Position numbers and translations under genes: made by a program. A stretch of DNA of 63,834 nt, counting the filler, from Globobulimina sp. (taxonomy: Eukaryota), in assembly GCA_003354225.1 (NCBI GenBank). It is 36 parts of 36 records of this genome, joined end to end, with 100 filler letters (N's around TTAATTAATTAA, not from the genome) between each part and the next. Parts side by side here need not be neighbours in the genome. Positions count along the whole stretch, not along the records: positions 60,385 to 62,059 come from PIVH01013276.1; positions 62,160 to 63,834 come from PIVH01013277.1; 34 more parts are not named here. One strand, given 5' to 3'. Under the pieces are notes generated by a model. That model was not told the DNA's origin and searched no databases. It was given only the letters and a program-made list of their open reading frames with translations. Every line of letters starts with the position of its first letter. Within the stretch, counting starts at the first letter, position 1. Below, in pieces: positions 60,432-63,834 of this stretch.

Positions 60432-61757
60432 AAACAAATCAGAAAAAGAAGAGCAAGATTAAGAAATAAGGAAAAACAAAAAGAAAAAGAAAAACAGCAA
60501 AATGATATCGAGAGTCACTCAAACTTTACAAACGTATTACGCAGAGATAATGCGATTAGTTTTGATATTTTATTATCAACAAAAAGATTGATTGGTGGCA
60601 GGAAAAAACGAAAACACTCCATTCCCATTCCATCAATCAATAATTATATAATAAATAAAAAAGAAATAAAATATCATTATACACTAACTTTTTGTGTACG
60701 TTTTCCATATTCAAATGATACATGTTTTTTGTCCTATTTTTATCCATTTTCGTATACTGATTTCCAATCATATTTAAATGTGTTATGTATCTCACCAATC
60801 AGCAATTTATTAAATATATTCCGGAGACAATTATTATGTTTTTCTAGATTGGGAAACCGAATCGATTTGCTAACAATCACCAATTTCAACTCTACAATGA
60901 ATATAATGAGAGATCGGCCAATTATTATATTATCCGCGCGAGTGCATAGCGGAGAGGTTAATTCGTCGTTTATTATGAAAGGAATTATTGATTTTCTGCT
61001 GAGTAAAAATGTGATGGCCAAAGCGTTGCGGAATAAATTTGTTTTCAAAATAATACCATTATTGAATCCAGATGGTGTTATTTGTGGTAATCACCGATGT
61101 TCGTTGAGCGGTGTTGATTTGAATCGGCAATATCAAAACCCATCGCATATTTATCATCCACCAATATTTCATTTGAAAAAATTAGTGCAACAAATATCAG
61201 AATCGCAGCCAGAAAGAAAGATATTTTTAATGTGTGACTTTCACGGACATTCTCGAATGATGAATGTTACACTTTATGGATGTGCGCCTGGTGCCAGTTA
61301 TAAGAATGGCAAAAATAATAAAAAATTTAAATCAAAAAAATCAAAGCTAAAATCTCTAAAATTGGCATCAATGGATTATTTTTTACCAAATTGTGTCACT
61401 GAAACGGCAGAAAGATACAAATTATTTGCGTTTTTGTTGTGGCAAAGAGCAGCAAATATGTTTAATTATGATCAATGTGTTTGGAATGTATCCAAACAAA
61501 AAGAAGGGACCGCGAGAGTTGTGTTTTGGAGAGAATTTAATATACAAAATACTTTTACTATGGAATCTTCATATTGTGGCTCGAATTTAAATTCAAATTT
61601 AAAAGGATTTCATTTTAATATCAGCCATTATTTAAAAATGGGCGCTAAATTTTGCGCAGCTTTGTATGACATTTCTTCCTCGAACATATCGAATGATTCA
61701 AAAACAAAAATTCAAAATGCTATAAAACAATTAAAATCTATGCAAAAATCAAAATAA
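60432..61757 (+). CDS. Cytosolic carboxypeptidase (CCP/AGBL, M14; tubulin deglutamylase family), 5' partial
   Basis: YFYPFSYT, ARVHSGE, NPDGVICGNHR, DLNR, DFHGHS, KEGTARVV, FTMESS. Confidence 0.93.
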   Translation, partial: KQIRKRRARLRNKEKQKEKEKQQNDIESHSNFTNVLRRDNAISFDILLSTKRLIGGRKKRKHSIPIPSINNYIINKKEIKYHYTLTFCVRFPYSNDTCFLSYFYPFSYTDFQSYLNVLCISPISNLLNIFRRQLLCFSRLGNRIDLLTITNFNSTMNIMRDRPIIILSARVHSGEVNSSFIMKGIIDFLLSKNVMAKALRNKFVFKIIPLLNPDGVICGNHRCSLSGVDLNRQYQNPSHIYHPPIFHLKKLVQQISESQPERKIFLMCDFHGHSRMMNVTLYGCAPGASYKNGKNNKKFKSKKSKLKSLKLASMDYFLPNCVTETAERYKLFAFLLWQRAANMFNYDQCVWNVSKQKEGTARVVFWREFNIQNTFTMESSYCGSNLNSNLKGFHFNISHYLKMGAKFCAALYDISSSNISNDSKTKIQNAIKQLKSMQKSK

Positions 61758-62159
61758 TATTTCTTCATTATATTATTTTGAAATATTTAATAATTATTTT
61801 AAGATTTCCATGAGAGAGTTACCTTGTACACAGTATACATTTCATTTTCATTCTGAGTTGGATTTGTTTTGGGTTTGTATAAAAATTGAGTAAACGTAAG
61901 TAATCCAGTACTAATCCTTGCATTTGGAGTTGAAAACAACACAAAAAAGTTCAATACCGCTCCAAGCACAGTCTCAATCATAAAAAAAAATCAATGAATG
62001 AATGAAATTTAAATAGCGCTATACTTTTTTTGTATTAATTTTTTAATATTCATAAAAAANNNNNNNNNNNNNNNNNNNNNNNNNNNNNNNNNNNNNNNNN
62101 NNNTTAATTAATTAANNNNNNNNNNNNNNNNNNNNNNNNNNNNNNNNNNNNNNNNNNNN

Positions 62160-63834
62160 AAAAAATGCAGGATAAACGGGATAAATGCCCAACTCAATTA
62201 TCTGGCGGCCAAAAACGTAAACTCTCACTAGGAATAGCATTAATTGGTGGCAGTAAAATCGTATTCCTCGATGTTAAGTAAAACGTACCTATGTGCATGG
62301 AATGAGTTTAAAATGCTTTTACAATTACTTAGGAACCTACGACCGGGTACTTACTATCTCGCCGATGGATAATGAAAATCTAAAATATAATCGTAAACTA
62401 CTTAGGATGGATCCGCACAGTCGCCGCGATGCATGGGAATTAATTAAAAAATCGTCCAAAGGAAGGACCATTGTGTTAACGACACATTACATGGATGAAG
62501 CAGATATATTAAGTGATCGAATCGCAATAATGGCCAAAGGTAAAATTGTGTGTTGTGGTTCTTCCTTATTTTTAAAGCGATTGTATGGCGTCGGATATTC
62601 ATTCACCATATCCGTCAATACTGATATTGCAATAAAAGATGTTTCTGAACATATTAATGACTTAATAGTGAAGACAATTGATACCGCACAATTACTAAGT
62701 AATTACGGATCTGAATTAATTTACAGATTACCATTCGATTCAAGTAAATCTTTTCCATCCATGTTCAGATTGATTGACAATCAAAAAGATCGTTTACATA
62801 TTGATTCATATGGCATTTCCGTAACAGTTTAGTCTTTTGTATTTGTGATACTTTTAGATCTTAAACAAAAAATACTATCGTACGCATGATGTAGACCTTA
62901 GAAGAAGTTTTTATTAAAGTTGGTCATGGTTCGGGTGCTGGTTCACAAGACAAAATGGCAGAGTCTGTCGCAGAACAAAATGACTTTAAAGGTGTGTTAA
63001 GAAGGAGGAGTATGTCGAGTGTAACTGCAGCGCTTGCGGCTGAAATCGAACTGGGTGATTCTGAAACGAAATTAGGTGAACAATATGCACGAGAAAGTAC
63101 TAAAAGAGCTTCAGTCCATATGGAAGCAATTCGTATTCGATCGCAAAAGAATTTATTCTTTGTGCATGTTCGTGCCATGTTGACTAAGAAATGGAAGTAT
63201 AGCAAACGGGATAAGCGGGCTGTATTATGTCAAATGGTATTGCCTATTCTATTTATGGTGTTTTCGTTTGCTTTGATTGACTTGGAACCGCCGCTACATT
63301 ATCCACGGTTGAAATTAGATATGACACAATTTGCAATTGCAGAAAATAGTGTGCATGAAATACCCTTCAATTCGCAATCGGTATCTTCGGTAAATCCATT
63401 CCCCGCAATTTGGGAGAATATTAATGGTACTCTGCTTCCATTAGATGGTGGTGATAATGGTAAAGCGTATGAATATGATGTACTTGCTCAACAATCCATG
63501 CATACATATTTTGATTCCATGTTAGCAATTTCTGATGAAAAACCATTTAAATATATTTCTTATTATTTTCCAATTCACGAAACAAATATCTCCACTTTGC
63601 AGCATATCGGAATTAATGGTCAGTTTAATATCGATCCACGGCGTCATATTGGAATTGGTGCCAATGTGTCGGCCTATCATTCATTGCCTATTTCAATCAA
63701 TATTGCATCCAATTTAGCATTGAAAAAAATTAAAAATGATGCTTCGATCAATGCATATATTCAGCCATTACCAACCACAAAACAACAAACAGAGCAGTCG
63801 AAAATAGTCGAATCCTTTATTTTCTCCGACTTTT
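62160..63834 (+). CDS. ABCA-subfamily transporter, internal fragment; introns 62273-62332, 62347-62405, 62827-62894
   Basis: [77 protein letters not shown]. Confidence 0.95.

Noticed and set aside
1678-62159. Regularly spaced TTAATTAATTAA motif as a biological repeat or array
   Set aside because: Always embedded in N-runs at contig joins; it is an artificial six-frame stop linker
1-63834. Alternative genetic code, and the many 60-160-aa antisense or overlapping ORFs
   Set aside because: Conserved genes end at normal TAA/TGA and ORF breaks are explained by GT-AG introns or single indels; the small ORFs are shadows of real CDSs

Overview
This window is not one locus. It is 36 unrelated contigs of about 1675-1677 bp in decreasing length order, joined by artificial 100-bp linkers (N44-TTAATTAATTAA-N44), so adjacency across linkers has no biological meaning. 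Most contigs are AT-rich eukaryotic genomic DNA with short GT-AG introns and gene families that suggest a rhizarian, probably foraminiferan, host (inference): MYND-SET, MATH, PH, GT64, RBBP4/MSI1, RecQ, purple acid phosphatase, coronin, P4-ATPase, two-pore K+ channel, 7TM-RGS, LRR, cytosolic carboxypeptidase, ABCA and glycine amidinotransferase. Mixed in are bacterial pieces (TonB-dependent receptor, CapD/PglF-like dehydratase, prmA + PilZ with sigma-54 promoters, APH-fold kinase), several joined mid-contig to eukaryotic DNA, as expected from whole-genome amplification chimeras. The strongest candidates for new biology are: (1) a Polinton/Maverick-type integrase head-to-head with a divergent Bcl-2-fold gene that has a C-terminal CaaX motif instead of a transmembrane tail (17769-19444); (2) a single ORF fusing 3-4 ubiquitin-like domains to RNA polymerase subunit Rpb12 (23229-24482); (3) a Kelch-stalk-TM-caspase 'receptor protease' (7109-8785); and (4) a recurring mid-gene switch from C/A-rich to G/T-rich sequence. 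All family calls are by eye from motifs; no database search was run.
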